A DNA stretch of 64,000 nucleotides from Candidatus Aenigmatarchaeota archaeon (GCA_039000985.1 JAWBMD010000001.1:32001-96000); one strand, 5' to 3'; positions 30,229 to 41,063 are shown, counted from the first letter of the stretch. Notes: generated by a model not told the origin, from the letters alone. Translations and numbers: made by a program.

Positions 30229-30633
30229 TTCTATAAATTTAATTGCTTTTTCCAAAACTTTCTTACTATTTTCAAATTTTAATAATTTCATTGCTTCTTC
30301 ATATGTTACCCAGGCATATCCTTTATGTTCAAAGGAAAGTTTTACATCTTTTTCTTCGCTTTCTGCTAAAAAATATGAAACAGTTTTTTTGATAGTTTCT
30401 TTATTTTTTCTATAAAACCATGTAATAGTTTCTTTAAAAAGTGGATATACCTTTATTTTTTCAATTCCAGTTTCTTCAGCTAGTTCTCTTTTGGCAGCTA
30501 AAAGTTCTGTTTCCCCCTTTTCTATATTACCTCTTGGAAAATCGAAATAATTTTCATATTGGAGAATTAAAAATTTTGGTTTATTATTTTCTGTTATAAA
30601 AAGAATAAAGCCGGCGCTTTTTTCTTCTTTCAC
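30214..30633 (-). CDS. NUDIX hydrolase (Ap4A hydrolase-like)
   Basis: EKSAG, Nudix box G.IEKGE....AAKRELAEETG, LSFEH. Confidence 0.9.
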   Translation of the reverse strand: MKEEKSAGFILFITENNKPKFLILQYENYFDFPRGNIEKGETELLAAKRELAEETGIEKIKVYPLFKETITWFYRKNKETIKKTVSYFLAESEEKDVKLSFEHKGYAWVTYEEAMKLLKFENSKKVLEKAIKFIESIDL

Positions 30634-31079
30634 AACATTCTTTTAATCAATTTATTAATTTCTATACCTCTATAACCCAAATCACCTTTTGGATAAGCTT
30701 CTTTTATGCTTTTATATCCTCCTTTTGGAGGTTTTAATGGGAAAACTTTTTTAAATTCTTTTAAATTAGCTTCTTTTTTTAATAAAGCTTCAGAGAATTT
30801 TTCAAAATTTTCATAGCCAGTAATTTCTTTTAATAATTTTTCATCAACAACTTTATTATCTTTTGTTCTAAGTCTTTTTGATAAAAGTTCTATTAATGTT
30901 TCTTTATCTATTTCACCATATGTTACAAAATCTTTAACAACATTTAACATTCCTAAAAAGCTTGTAGAATTATCTACTAAAGTGCAACTATTTACTTTTT
31001 CAAGCTTTAATAATTTTAATGTATCTCGAATTTTTCTGCTAGCACCTATGCTGCTTCTTACCTTAATTACTGCTAGCAT
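30630..31079 (-). CDS. rpl30: 50S ribosomal protein uL30
   Basis: DTLKLLKL, GML..VKDFVTYGE, LKPPKGG, GYRG..INKLIKRM. Confidence 0.93.
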   Translation of the reverse strand: MLAVIKVRSSIGASRKIRDTLKLLKLEKVNSCTLVDNSTSFLGMLNVVKDFVTYGEIDKETLIELLSKRLRTKDNKVVDEKLLKEITGYENFEKFSEALLKKEANLKEFKKVFPLKPPKGGYKSIKEAYPKGDLGYRGIEINKLIKRML

Positions 31080-32049
31080 TTACTATATAGTTTTTAAATG
31101 TATTTTCATCTCTAGCTAATAAAACAACTCTGCTAGCATTATCAGTAAGCTTTATTTCATAGTTGCTATAAAAAGAAATTTGCTTTCCAAATTCTATTAA
31201 TTCTTCTAATGTAGGCATATTAGTATTTTTCAATCTTTTTCTTGATTCTCCAAGCCAGGCATATCCTTTTAGCTCTACAAACATTGGTTTAGACATTTTT
31301 ATTAAATTCGAGAATCCTTTTGAGTTATGCATATTTAAATCTTTTACACATGTTATTCTAAATATAGTTCTACAATTTCTTTTTTCAAATTCTTTCATTA
31401 AATTTAAACTTTCTATTACTTTATCTAAAGGATTTTTTATAAATGAGTTTGTTATTTTAATATATTCTTCATTGTTTGTTGCATAAACACTAATATATAA
31501 ATTGGTTGGTATAGCATCTTTTTCTAACAATTCTTTTAATCTATTTGGCATAGTTCCGTTCGTTACTAAAAATGCTGTACAATTTCTCCTTTTTATTTCT
31601 TTTATTAGTTCAGCTAAATGAGGATACAAAGTTGGTTCTCCATCCAGGCTTATTGCAAAATGTACAGGATTATTTGCTTCTTCAAAAGTTTTTTTAGAAG
31701 TTTTTGGATTACCACCAAATCCACTAATTAATTCTCTTTGAGCTTTTATTGCTTGCTCAACTATCAATTTAGCGTCATCCCATTTATTTTCGTGTTTAAA
31801 TCTTTCTTCACTAAAACTTCTCCAGCAGAAACCACAACTAAAATTGCAAAAATCTAATGTCGGGGTCATTTGTATACATCTATGGGAAGCTATTCCATAC
31901 CATTTTTTATAACAATTTCTTCCACCTCTTAATGCAGATTTTGTCCATCTACAAATAGAAACAGCGGAATGTAAATAATTTCCTATTAGTTTATAATGTG
32001 CCCTTTTATATTTGCTAATCCACTCTTCGCTAAATTTTTTTGTTCCCAT
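31063..32049 (-). CDS. taw1: 4-demethylwyosine synthase Taw1/TYW1 (radical SAM)
   Basis: HSAV.IC.WTK, CYK.WYGI.SHRCIQMTP, CNFSCGFCWR, AISLDGEPTLY. Confidence 0.95.
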   Translation of the reverse strand: MGTKKFSEEWISKYKRAHYKLIGNYLHSAVSICRWTKSALRGGRNCYKKWYGIASHRCIQMTPTLDFCNFSCGFCWRSFSEERFKHENKWDDAKLIVEQAIKAQRELISGFGGNPKTSKKTFEEANNPVHFAISLDGEPTLYPHLAELIKEIKRRNCTAFLVTNGTMPNRLKELLEKDAIPTNLYISVYATNNEEYIKITNSFIKNPLDKVIESLNLMKEFEKRNCRTIFRITCVKDLNMHNSKGFSNLIKMSKPMFVELKGYAWLGESRKRLKNTNMPTLEELIEFGKQISFYSNYEIKLTDNASRVVLLARDENTFKNYIVNASSN

Positions 32050-32078
32050 ATTAAAATATTAATATTAATAAATTATTT

Positions 32079-32507
32079 GTGGTTTTCATAAGGGATGTAA
32101 TGAATAGAGTAGTATTCACATGTGAACCAAATTTAACTGTCGAAAGAGCAGCATCTATAATGGTTGAAAAGGGGATAGGTAGTTTAATTGTTGTTGAAAA
32201 TAATAAATTGATTGGTGTAGTAACAAATAGGGATATAATGAAGGCAGTTGCTAGAGGAGAGGATTTATCAAGATTGGAGGTAAAAAATATAATGACAAAA
32301 AAAGTTATAACTATTTCCCCTTCAAATACTTTAGAAGAGGCTGTTGATTTAATGTTGAAATTTAAAATAAAAAGATTGCCAGTAATAGATGGAGATAAGT
32401 TAGTGGGTATTGTTACAGTTTCTGATATTATAGTAATAGAGCCAAAAATAATTCAAAGCTTAGCTAGCTTACTATCAATTAAAATTTCAGGCTATAAAGC
32501 TGCTTGA
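32079..32507 (+). CDS. CBS-pair protein
   Basis: Two CBS repeats (IGSLIVV...GVVT..D; IKRLPV...GIVT..D). Confidence 0.9.
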   Translation: MVFIRDVMNRVVFTCEPNLTVERAASIMVEKGIGSLIVVENNKLIGVVTNRDIMKAVARGEDLSRLEVKNIMTKKVITISPSNTLEEAVDLMLKFKIKRLPVIDGDKLVGIVTVSDIIVIEPKIIQSLASLLSIKISGYKAA

Positions 32508-32935
32508 GATTTTTCAATAACTCTAACTAACTCAAAGCTAAGAGTTAAAGGTAAAATTGTTGGTACTTCTAGCAAGCTTATTACAACTTCTCTTTTTACT
32601 GGATCTATTTTTGTTACTTTTCCTTTCTCTCCTTTAAATGGTCCACCTATTATTTCAACTATATCTCCAACATTAATTTCTACTTTTTCTTTTTTCACTT
32701 CCATGTATTTTTCCAAATCATTTATAGTTATGCTTTGTACAACACCTCTAGCTGGAGGAATTTCTTTTAGTATATCTAGTAATTGATCTAAATTTCCCTC
32801 TACAAAAACATATCCTTTTACTTCTCTAGTAAAGAAAATAGATTTTATATCAAGGTTTCTAGATATTGCCATATTTTTTATATATTCTGAAACAACAAGC
32901 TCTCTTCCAATTGCAACTTTTAAAACGTGAAACAT
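32492..32935 (-). CDS. spt5: Transcription elongation factor Spt5
   Basis: NGN motif KGYVFVE and KOW motif GDIVEIIGGPFKGEKGKV. Confidence 0.93.
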   Translation of the reverse strand: MFHVLKVAIGRELVVSEYIKNMAISRNLDIKSIFFTREVKGYVFVEGNLDQLLDILKEIPPARGVVQSITINDLEKYMEVKKEKVEINVGDIVEIIGGPFKGEKGKVTKIDPVKREVVISLLEVPTILPLTLSFELVRVIEKSQAAL

Positions 32936-33337
32936 TTATTTACAACTTGTTTCTTTTTTTAATTGAGGGCATACTTTGCTAGAAATTGTTAATTTTGAAA
33001 AATTATCAACATCAGTATCAATTGTAAAACTTTTCTTTTCTCCAGGTTGTATATCACCTAGATTTTGTACAGAGCCAGTATAAGTAGCATTTTCTAGTTG
33101 TGCTGTTAAATTTGTTAAAGGATTATTCAAATAGTTAAATAGTTTTAAAGAAATTTTATTTCCAATTACTCGACAATCATCTATGCTAACATCTATTCCT
33201 TCACAAACATTTTTTTCTGTTGTTGGTAATTTTGCTTTAAAAAATCCTATGGCCCAAATAGCTAACAATGCTGAAGTTGCCATTGTTACACCTATTAACA
33301 AAACTGTTGCAACTAATGGAGATATTGCTTTTACCAT
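32936..33337 (-). CDS. Archaeal type IV pilin
   Basis: Class III signal peptide KA/ISPLVATVLLIGVT. Confidence 0.88.
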   Translation of the reverse strand: MVKAISPLVATVLLIGVTMATSALLAIWAIGFFKAKLPTTEKNVCEGIDVSIDDCRVIGNKISLKLFNYLNNPLTNLTAQLENATYTGSVQNLGDIQPGEKKSFTIDTDVDNFSKLTISSKVCPQLKKETSCK

Positions 33338-33346
33338 AATAATATT

Positions 33347-33589
33347 TTATCTTAAAGTTATAAGAATATAAGTAACGTAAAGCATAATTAAAACAATACC
33401 AGCTATTATTAGCACTAGTATAAAAACTAAAATTTTGTTTGACGATAAATTACTACAAATTTGTAAAGAAGGATTTTCTTTGCATTTAGTTGACAATTCT
33501 CCAAGTTTATCAAATATAAATAGCCATGTAATAAAACTTATGAATATAATTATTAATCCAAGTAAAACTGGAATTTTTTTACTAACCAT
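33347..33589 (-). CDS. Small two-TM hypothetical protein
   Basis: Two hydrophobic helices flanking a loop with two Cys. Confidence 0.55.
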   Translation of the reverse strand: MVSKKIPVLLGLIIIFISFITWLFIFDKLGELSTKCKENPSLQICSNLSSNKILVFILVLIIAGIVLIMLYVTYILITLR

Positions 33590-33617
33590 AAATTTAATTA
33601 ACAGATATTTATAAAAT

Positions 33618-33962
33618 ATGGTGAATCCAAGAAATAAACCAGAATTTAAAAGACATATGTATGAAGCTTATAAAAGAATAGGTGAAAGTTGGAGAAGACC
33701 AAGGGGCTTGCATAGTAAAGTTAGAATTGAAAAAAAGGGAAAAATTAGAAAGCCAAAAATAGGTTGGGGCGCACCTTCCGAATTAAGATATTTACATCCA
33801 TCTGGCTATAAAGAAGTTTTGGTTAGAAATGTTAAAGATTTAGAAAAAGTTAATAAAGAAAAAGAAGCTATAAGAATAGCATCAACTGTAGGTAAGAAAA
33901 AAAGAAAAGAAATAATAGAAGCAGCTAAAAAAATGGGAATATGGGTTTTAAACTATGGCTAA
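33618..33962 (+). CDS. rpl32e: 50S ribosomal protein eL32
   Basis: KPEFKR, WRRPRGLHSKVR, HPSG, VGKKKR. Confidence 0.95.
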   Translation: MVNPRNKPEFKRHMYEAYKRIGESWRRPRGLHSKVRIEKKGKIRKPKIGWGAPSELRYLHPSGYKEVLVRNVKDLEKVNKEKEAIRIASTVGKKKRKEIIEAAKKMGIWVLNYG

Positions 33963-34125
33963 GAAATTTTCTCCAGAAGCAATGAATAGGCTTTTCAGAA
34001 ATGTTTTTGTTTGTAGAAGTTGTAAAAGCAAAATAAGAACAGATCCGATAAAAGTTCAGCAAAAAAAGGTTTCTTGTAGGAAATGTGGTTCCAAAGATTT
34101 AAGACCAAAAAGAATTCCCAAATAG
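33955..34125 (+). CDS. rpl40e: 50S ribosomal protein eL40 (56 aa, below the ORF-track cutoff)
   Basis: Manual translation MAKKFSPEAMNRLFRNVFVCRSCKSKIR...CRKCGSKDLRPKRIPK. Confidence 0.85.
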   Translation: MAKKFSPEAMNRLFRNVFVCRSCKSKIRTDPIKVQQKKVSCRKCGSKDLRPKRIPK

Positions 34126-34156
34126 TTTTAATTTTCTTAAACTATATTAATAAATT

Positions 34157-37054
34157 ATGGCAGAAATTAGAAAACCTAATTTTATAAGAATAAGTGATGT
34201 AGTTTGGGAAATACCAACTACTTATAAAAGTGGAATGAGAGTTCCTGTTAGAATTTATGCAAAAGAAAGTCTTTTAAATTCAATGGATCTGGAAGTTTTT
34301 GATCAAGCAAGTAATGCAGCAATGCTTCCAGGTTTAATAAAATATTCATATGTTTTTAGTGATGGTCATTCTGGTTATGGTGTACCAGTTGGTTGGTGTG
34401 GCGCTTTTGATTTAAAGGAAGGAATAATTTCTCCAGGAGCTATAGGTTTTGACATTAATTGCGTTGCTGGAAACACTAAAATCATTTCGGAATTTGGATA
34501 TTTCAAAAATATTTCTGATTTTGAAAGAAAGTTAGATGAAAAATTAGTATGTATGGATATAAATAAAAAGATTGAAGATAAAGCTGAGCCAATTCTTTTT
34601 TTAAAGCAAAAACCAAAAGAAAAAGTTATAAAAATAAAGACAAAGGCTGGTTATGAGTTAATAGCTACTGTTGATCATCCAATTTTTACTCCTAATAATA
34701 TGATAAAGGCAGGTGAACTAAAAGAAGGAGATTATGTTGCTATTTATCCTTTTGAAGGTGTTAAATACGAAGAGCCATCAGATGAAATTATTTTGGATGA
34801 AGAAAGTATAATTAAAGCAATTGGTATGAGAAAAAGAATTATTAAAGAATTAAAAGATAGAAAGCTCTTACCATTACGATATAATTCACCCCAATTACCA
34901 ATTTTAGCGAGATTAGTCGGGTTTATTACAGGAGACGGATGGATAGGAGAGGTAAATGGAAGATGGTCCACAAGGATAATTGGAAATGTTGAAACATTAG
35001 AAAAAATAGCTGAAGATATAAAGAGATTAGGATTTTCTTTAAAAAGTAAAATAGTTACTAAAAAAGGAATAAGAGAAATAAAAGGTACAACTACCCAACT
35101 TCCAATAGCTTCACAAAGTTTTACAGTTCTTCTTTATATGCTTGGTGTCCCGAAAGGTAACAAATCCTTTACAGAATTTGAAGTTCCTGAGTGGATTAAG
35201 AAAGCTCCTTTATGGATTAAAAGATTGTATCTAGCTGGACTTTTTGGAGCAGAAATGAGTAAGCCCAAATCAAGAAATAAAGAAAAATATGGATTTGTTG
35301 AACCATCATTTAGTCTAAATAAATCTGAAAAATTATTGCAGAATGCTTACAAATTTATTAATCAAATAAAAGAAATGCTTTCTGAATTTGGTGTTAATTG
35401 TAATAAAATTTACATTTATGATGCAGCAATTACAAAATCTGGAGAGAAAACATTAAAAATCATTTTGAAAATTTCTTCTAAAGATGAAAATTTGATAAAG
35501 TTGTGGTCAAAAATAGGATGCGAATATGATATAGATAAAAAATCTATGATGGCAACAGCTTTACATTACTTAAGATTAAAAAGGAGATTTATAAAAAGTT
35601 TAATTTCTAAGTATAAAGAAATAATAATTTCCGGTGGAACAAAAGAAGATGATATAAAAGCATTAGGAAATGCTTTAATTTGTATAAAAGAAGCAAGAGT
35701 ATCTATAGGCTTTCCAACATTTGAAACATTTCTTGAAAATTATGTCATAAATTCAACTTTTGTTTGGGACGAAATTGAAAAAATTACAGAAATTAATGAT
35801 TTTTCTGACTATGTATATGATTTTACAATGAACTCAGAAAATCATAATTTTATAGCTAATAATTTTGTTGTTTCTAATTGCGGCATGCGTTTGATAAAGA
35901 CCAATTTAACTCTAGAAGAAATAAAACCAAAAATTAAAGAATTAGTTGATTTGCTTTTTAAAATGGTTCCAGCTGGAGTTGGAGCAACAGCTTATCAAGA
36001 ACCTAAAGAAATAGCTAAGATACCAGAAGGAACATTTAGAGAAATAGTTGAAACTGGAGTTAGATGGACATTGGAGCATGGATATGCTTGGAAAGAAGAT
36101 ATAGAAAGAATAGAAGAATATGGTTGTGTTAAAACAGCAGATTTTTCTAAAGTTAGTAGAACAGCTTATGAAAGAGGAAAAAGCCAAATAGGTACTTTAG
36201 GTTCTGGTAATCATTATCTTGAAATCGAAGTTATAGATAGAGTTTTTAATAAGGAAATAGCAAATGCATGGGGTTTAAATATTGTTCCAAATCAAATTTG
36301 CATATTAGTGCATTGTGGTTCTAGGGGATTTGGTCATCAAATTTGTACTGATTATCTTTTAAGCTTTGAAAGAGCAATGAGAAAATATGGTATAAAAGTT
36401 CCAGATAGACAATTAGCCTGTGCTCCTTTTGATTCTGAAGAAGGACAAAATTATTTAAAAGCAATGTCTTGTGCTATAAATTTTGCTTTTGTTAATAGAC
36501 AATTAATAGTTTACCAAATAAGAAAAGCATTTGAAAAAGTTTTTAATAAAAGTGCTGAAGAATTAGGATTGGAAATAATTTATGATGTTGCACACAATAC
36601 TGCTAAAATAGAGGAGCATTCAGTTAATGGAGAAAAGAAAAAAGTTATTGTTCATAGAAAAGGAGCAACTAGATCTTTTGGACCAGATAATCCAGAATTA
36701 TCTTCATTATTTAGAAAATACGGCCAACCAGTTATTGTTGGTGGTAGCATGGAAACTGGTTCCTTTTTATGTATAGGTACTAAAAAAGCTGAAGAGGAAA
36801 CTTTTGGTACAACTTTACATGGTAGTGGAAGAACAATGAGCAGAACAAAAGCTAAAAAAATGGTTAGGGGTGAAGAGTTGCAAAGAAAAATGATTGAAAG
36901 AGGAATTTATATTAAAGCTACAACAATGTCTGGATTAGCGGAGGAAGCAGGATTTGCTTATAAAAATATAGATGAGGTGGTTGATTCAATGCATTTAGCT
37001 GGAATAAGTTTAAAGGTGGTTAGATTTAAACCAATAGCAAACATTAAAGGTTAG
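34157..37054 (+). CDS. rtcB: tRNA-splicing ligase RtcB, intein-containing
   Basis: DGHSGYG.PVG, GFDIN|CGMR, GTLGSGNHYLE, HCGSRGFGH, HRKGATR, HGSGR, EEA..AYK. Confidence 0.96.
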   Translation: MAEIRKPNFIRISDVVWEIPTTYKSGMRVPVRIYAKESLLNSMDLEVFDQASNAAMLPGLIKYSYVFSDGHSGYGVPVGWCGAFDLKEGIISPGAIGFDINCVAGNTKIISEFGYFKNISDFERKLDEKLVCMDINKKIEDKAEPILFLKQKPKEKVIKIKTKAGYELIATVDHPIFTPNNMIKAGELKEGDYVAIYPFEGVKYEEPSDEIILDEESIIKAIGMRKRIIKELKDRKLLPLRYNSPQLPILARLVGFITGDGWIGEVNGRWSTRIIGNVETLEKIAEDIKRLGFSLKSKIVTKKGIREIKGTTTQLPIASQSFTVLLYMLGVPKGNKSFTEFEVPEWIKKAPLWIKRLYLAGLFGAEMSKPKSRNKEKYGFVEPSFSLNKSEKLLQNAYKFINQIKEMLSEFGVNCNKIYIYDAAITKSGEKTLKIILKISSKDENLIKLWSKIGCEYDIDKKSMMATALHYLRLKRRFIKSLISKYKEIIISGGTKEDDIKALGNALICIKEARVSIGFPTFETFLENYVINSTFVWDEIEKITEINDFSDYVYDFTMNSENHNFIANNFVVSNCGMRLIKTNLTLEEIKPKIKELVDLLFKMVPAGVGATAYQEPKEIAKIPEGTFREIVETGVRWTLEHGYAWKEDIERIEEYGCVKTADFSKVSRTAYERGKSQIGTLGSGNHYLEIEVIDRVFNKEIANAWGLNIVPNQICILVHCGSRGFGHQICTDYLLSFERAMRKYGIKVPDRQLACAPFDSEEGQNYLKAMSCAINFAFVNRQLIVYQIRKAFEKVFNKSAEELGLEIIYDVAHNTAKIEEHSVNGEKKKVIVHRKGATRSFGPDNPELSSLFRKYGQPVIVGGSMETGSFLCIGTKKAEEETFGTTLHGSGRTMSRTKAKKMVRGEELQRKMIERGIYIKATTMSGLAEEAGFAYKNIDEVVDSMHLAGISLKVVRFKPIANIKG
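34460..35878 (+). mobile_element. Intein (473 aa) with a LAGLIDADG homing endonuclease, in RtcB
   Basis: Starts CVAGNT after GFDIN; block B TVDH; LVGFITGDG and YLAGLFGAE motifs; VYDFT...HNFIANNFVVSN followed by the +1 Cys. Confidence 0.93.
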
Positions 37055-37480
37055 ATGTATAAATTTTTGGAAGATGTTTCCATAGCGGAAATTGCTTTCG
37101 AGGTTAGAGAAAAATCTTTAGAAAATTTGTTTAGAGATGCTGCATTAGCATTAACAAATGTTCAAGTTAGAAATTTAGAAAATATAGAGAAAAAAGAAAA
37201 AAGGGAAATAATTGTTGAAGAAGAAAATATAGAAAATCTTCTTTTTAGTTTTTTACAAGAGCTTGTTATATTGAAAGATTCTGATAGGCTTTTGTTTAAT
37301 GAATATCAAATTAGAATAGAAAAAAATGATAAGTTTAAGTTAGTTGCTGTTGCTTTTGGAGAGGAAATAAATCATGAAAAGCACGATTTGATTGCCGATG
37401 TTAAGGGAATTAGTTTGCATAAATTTGAAGTTAAAAAAGAAAATAATGAATGGGTTGCTAGGGTTGTTGTTGATATATGA
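37055..37480 (+). CDS. Archease
   Basis: YKFLE...A.IAF, LENLF..AA.AL, DVKGIS.H, VVVDI; abuts rtcB. Confidence 0.9.
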   Translation: MYKFLEDVSIAEIAFEVREKSLENLFRDAALALTNVQVRNLENIEKKEKREIIVEEENIENLLFSFLQELVILKDSDRLLFNEYQIRIEKNDKFKLVAVAFGEEINHEKHDLIADVKGISLHKFEVKKENNEWVARVVVDI

Positions 37481-37680
37481 GCAATGATAGATATACAATT
37501 TATTCAAACTTTTACTTTTAATGAGCAGATATAAAATTGAATAGAAAGAACTTTATAAAAATTTTTAGTTGATAGAATGTTTCACGATAAAACTTTTCTA
37601 ATAAATAAATTTATCAAGGTTATATAGAATTTTTATGAAGATTGAAAAAATAATAATGTGTGAAACAGTTCTTCGTTTGT

Positions 37681-39195
37681 ATGAAAGTTGTTGATAAGAT
37701 TGTTACCTTAGCAAAACGAAGAGGTTTCTTCTGGCCTGCTGCAGAGATTTATTCTCCTATAGCTGGGTTCTGGAATTATGGTCCTTTAGGGGTTGCAATA
37801 AAAAATAAATTAATTGAATTGTGGAGAAAATGGTTTGTCAGAGATGAAGGTGCATATGAAATTGAAACTACTGATATACTTCCTGAAATTGTTTGGATTG
37901 CAAGTGGGCATATTCCAAGCTTTGTTGATAAACAAACTGAGTGTACAAAATGTCATAATCGATTTAGAGCGGATAATCTAATTGAAGAGAAACTCAAAGT
38001 TAAAGAAAAATTAGAAGGAGTAAGTTGCGAGGAATTGACCGAATTGATAAGAAAGAATAAAATTGTTTGTCCAAGATGTGGGGGTGAACTTTCCGAGGTA
38101 AAACTTTTTAATTTAATGTTTAGTGTTAATGTAGGAGCTGCTGGAGAAGTTAAGTGTTATCTTAAACCAGAAACAACACAATCATCAGTTCTAGATTTCT
38201 TAAATGTATATAGAAGCCAAAGAGGTAAATTACCATTAAAGATTGCTCAGATAGGTAAGTCTTTTAGGAATGAAATTTCTCCAAGACAAGTTTTTATTAG
38301 AATGAGAGAGTTTTCGATGGCCGAGCTTCAAATATTCTTTAATCCTGAAAACACAAATCATCCAGCATATGAAAAGATAAAAGATTTTAGATTAAGAATT
38401 TTACCAGTTGAACTAAGAGGGAAAAATATTGATAAAGAAGTTGAAATTAAAGTAGATGAAGCATTGAAGAAAAACTGGATTCCAAATCAGTTAATTGCTT
38501 ATTACCTTGTAAAAGTTTTTAGATTTTTTGAGGAAGCATTATGTTTCGATCGAAAATTTTTGAGGTTTAAAGAACTATTTCCAGAAGAAAAAGCACATTA
38601 TTCGAAGGTTCATTGGGATTTTGAAATTTATACAGAAGATTTTGGTTGGCAAGAGGTTGTAAATAATTCATGGAGATCTGATTATGATCTTTCTCGTCAT
38701 CAACAATATTCTAAACATGATTTAACTGTTTTTGAAAATGGTAAACATATTCTTCCTGAAATGTATGAACCAAGTTTTGGTCTTGATAGAATAATTTTCC
38801 ATTTACTTATTCATGCTTTCAAAGAAGAAAAAGAAAGAAAATTGTTATCATTACCACGTCACTTAGCGCCATATGATGTAGCTGTTTTTCCTCTAGTAAA
38901 TAAAGATGGTCTTACTGAAAAGGCTTTAGAAGTTGTAAAAAAATTAGAAAAAAATAATTTTAGTATCTTTTTTGATAAAGAAGATTCTATAGGTAGAAGA
39001 TATAGAAGAGTTGATGAAATAGGAATCAGCGCTTCAGTAACAATAGATTATCAAACACTTGAAGATTCAACAGTTACATTACGTGATAGGGATACTATGA
39101 AACAAGTCAGAGTTAAAATAAGGGTATTACCACAAAAGTTAAAGAAATTTTTAGCTGGAGAAGAATTAAAAAATTTGGGAGAAATAGTAAGATGA
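37681..39195 (+). CDS. glyS: Glycine--tRNA ligase (archaeal/eukaryotic type); ATG 37681 preferred over GTG 37660
   Basis: LAKRRGF, YGPLG, YLKPET, QIGKSFRNEISPR, EPSFGLDR, SIGRRYRR.DEIG. Confidence 0.95.
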   Translation: MKVVDKIVTLAKRRGFFWPAAEIYSPIAGFWNYGPLGVAIKNKLIELWRKWFVRDEGAYEIETTDILPEIVWIASGHIPSFVDKQTECTKCHNRFRADNLIEEKLKVKEKLEGVSCEELTELIRKNKIVCPRCGGELSEVKLFNLMFSVNVGAAGEVKCYLKPETTQSSVLDFLNVYRSQRGKLPLKIAQIGKSFRNEISPRQVFIRMREFSMAELQIFFNPENTNHPAYEKIKDFRLRILPVELRGKNIDKEVEIKVDEALKKNWIPNQLIAYYLVKVFRFFEEALCFDRKFLRFKELFPEEKAHYSKVHWDFEIYTEDFGWQEVVNNSWRSDYDLSRHQQYSKHDLTVFENGKHILPEMYEPSFGLDRIIFHLLIHAFKEEKERKLLSLPRHLAPYDVAVFPLVNKDGLTEKALEVVKKLEKNNFSIFFDKEDSIGRRYRRVDEIGISASVTIDYQTLEDSTVTLRDRDTMKQVRVKIRVLPQKLKKFLAGEELKNLGEIVR

Positions 39196-39235
39196 ATTAA
39201 CCTTTACTTTTAAAACTATCAAGAAAGAGTTTTTA

Positions 39236-39820
39236 TTAACAAGTATAATTACCCCTTTCTTCCAAAAGCTTTTTTGATATATAAACTGTTTGGTTATATC
39301 TTAAAGCAATTGCCATTATATCGCTTGGTCTAGCATCTAATATAACATAGCTTTCATTATTTAGACTTAAAACAAGCAATCCTAAATAATTTTGGCCAGA
39401 TATACCAATTATTTTTCCAACAACATAATTTATTCCAAATGAATCAAAAATATCTTTCATTAAATCATGTGTTGTTGGTCTTATTCTTTTTGTTTGGTTT
39501 AATGCAATTCTTATAGAATTAGCTTGTACTTGATCTATAAAACCTTCTAAAACATAGCATTTTGTTTTTAAATGAACAGCTGTGCTATCTCTTCTATCGA
39601 TTAAAGTAAAATTAATAACCTTTTCATATTCATCCAAAGATAAGGCTTCCTTAATTTTTTCGTTTGTTACGTTTAAAGGTATAAAAAATGGTTTTTCTTC
39701 CTCGGTTTTTAAACTAAAATATTTGGAATAAATATAATAAGTAGTAATTAAAAGTATTGGTACAACTATTATCGAGTAAATTATTAGTGGTAAATTACTT
39801 TCTTTTTTTACTTTTTTCAT
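39236..39820 (-). CDS. Bifunctional nuclease family (DUF151/BFN) protein with an N-terminal TM anchor
   Basis: QANSI, RPTTHDL, DARPSD.MAIALR; hydrophobic N-terminal helix. Confidence 0.82.
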   Translation of the reverse strand: MKKVKKESNLPLIIYSIIVVPILLITTYYIYSKYFSLKTEEEKPFFIPLNVTNEKIKEALSLDEYEKVINFTLIDRRDSTAVHLKTKCYVLEGFIDQVQANSIRIALNQTKRIRPTTHDLMKDIFDSFGINYVVGKIIGISGQNYLGLLVLSLNNESYVILDARPSDIMAIALRYNQTVYISKKLLEERGNYTC

Positions 39821-41063
39821 AAATACTATATTTTTCTACCAAAAATAAATTATCTCTTTTTTCAATTATTACAACTTTTTCATTCTTTTTAATTTTCCTT
39901 TTTCCCATTGCTTCCCATAGTTCACCTTCAACTTTTATGTAACCTTCTTTATTTTCACTTAAATTATCCAAAGCTATTCCAATTTTTCCTATCATTTTTT
40001 GAAATGGCTCTCTTCTTTTAGTTTTTATTATTGAAGCAGTTATCAAAATGAAAAAAATTGATGAAATTGAAGAAATTACTACTAATGCTATTAAATTTTC
40101 TATTTTTGAAAAGTTTAGTGGAGAAGATAAAATAACTCCCAAGCTTACAAGTATTATTCCAACAATGCAAAAAGCACCAAATGAAACAGTGAAAAATATT
40201 TCGTAAAGTATTAAAGCTATTCCAATTATTATTAAAATAATTGATATGGAATTTATTTCAAATCCAAATCCAATTAAACTTAAAATTATTAAAATTCCTC
40301 CAATTATTTCAGCAAAGTATCCAGGATTTGTTAAACCAAATATTAAAGCATAAATTCCAATTATTAAAAGTATAGAAGATATTAAAGGTTGTGAAAATTT
40401 TTCTAATAAATCAAATTTTATACCACCAAATTCTTCAATTTTATAATTTTTTGTGTCAATGAGTTTATTACCTATAGTTTTTCCATCTATTTTATTTAGT
40501 AATTCTTCCAAGCTATTCGCTATTAAATCTATAGCATTTAATTTTAATGCTTCTTCTGCATTTAAATTTAAATTTTCCAAAACAAAAAGTTTTACCAAGC
40601 TGTAATTTCTATTATACATTTTCATCCTTTCCTCTAAAAGAGAAACTATCGCATTTATTATTTTCGATTCATTTATGCCTTTTATTCCCTCTTCACTTAT
40701 TATTATTGGTTGAGCAGAACCAACTAATGAATGATTTGACATAATTGCTAAGTGAGAAGATAGTAAAACGAATGTTCCGGCAGACCAAGCTACAGCTCCT
40801 TTTGGATAAACAAAGCTTATAACAGGAATTTCACTTCTATCTATCATTTTTATTATTTCAAACGTTGCTTCAAAATTTCCCCCAGGAGTATCGATTAAAA
40901 TTATAAGTGCATCAAAATTTTTATTTTTAGCTTTTTCTAAAGCATTTTTTACATATTCTTTTGTTGAAAATGATATTTCCTTATCAATTTTAATAACTAA
41001 AAAATTTGATGAAAATGAATATGAAATAAAGATTAAAAAAATTAAAAAAGTTAATTTTTTCAT
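39795..41063 (-). CDS. nfeD: NfeD/STOPP membrane serine protease (ClpP class)
   Basis: IDTPGG, A.SAG, GSAQP, TM bundle, C-terminal [11 protein letters not shown]. Confidence 0.92.
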   Translation of the reverse strand: MKKLTFLIFLIFISYSFSSNFLVIKIDKEISFSTKEYVKNALEKAKNKNFDALIILIDTPGGNFEATFEIIKMIDRSEIPVISFVYPKGAVAWSAGTFVLLSSHLAIMSNHSLVGSAQPIIISEEGIKGINESKIINAIVSLLEERMKMYNRNYSLVKLFVLENLNLNAEEALKLNAIDLIANSLEELLNKIDGKTIGNKLIDTKNYKIEEFGGIKFDLLEKFSQPLISSILLIIGIYALIFGLTNPGYFAEIIGGILIILSLIGFGFEINSISIILIIIGIALILYEIFFTVSFGAFCIVGIILVSLGVILSSPLNFSKIENLIALVVISSISSIFFILITASIIKTKRREPFQKMIGKIGIALDNLSENKEGYIKVEGELWEAMGKRKIKKNEKVVIIEKRDNLFLVEKYSIYEKSKKRK

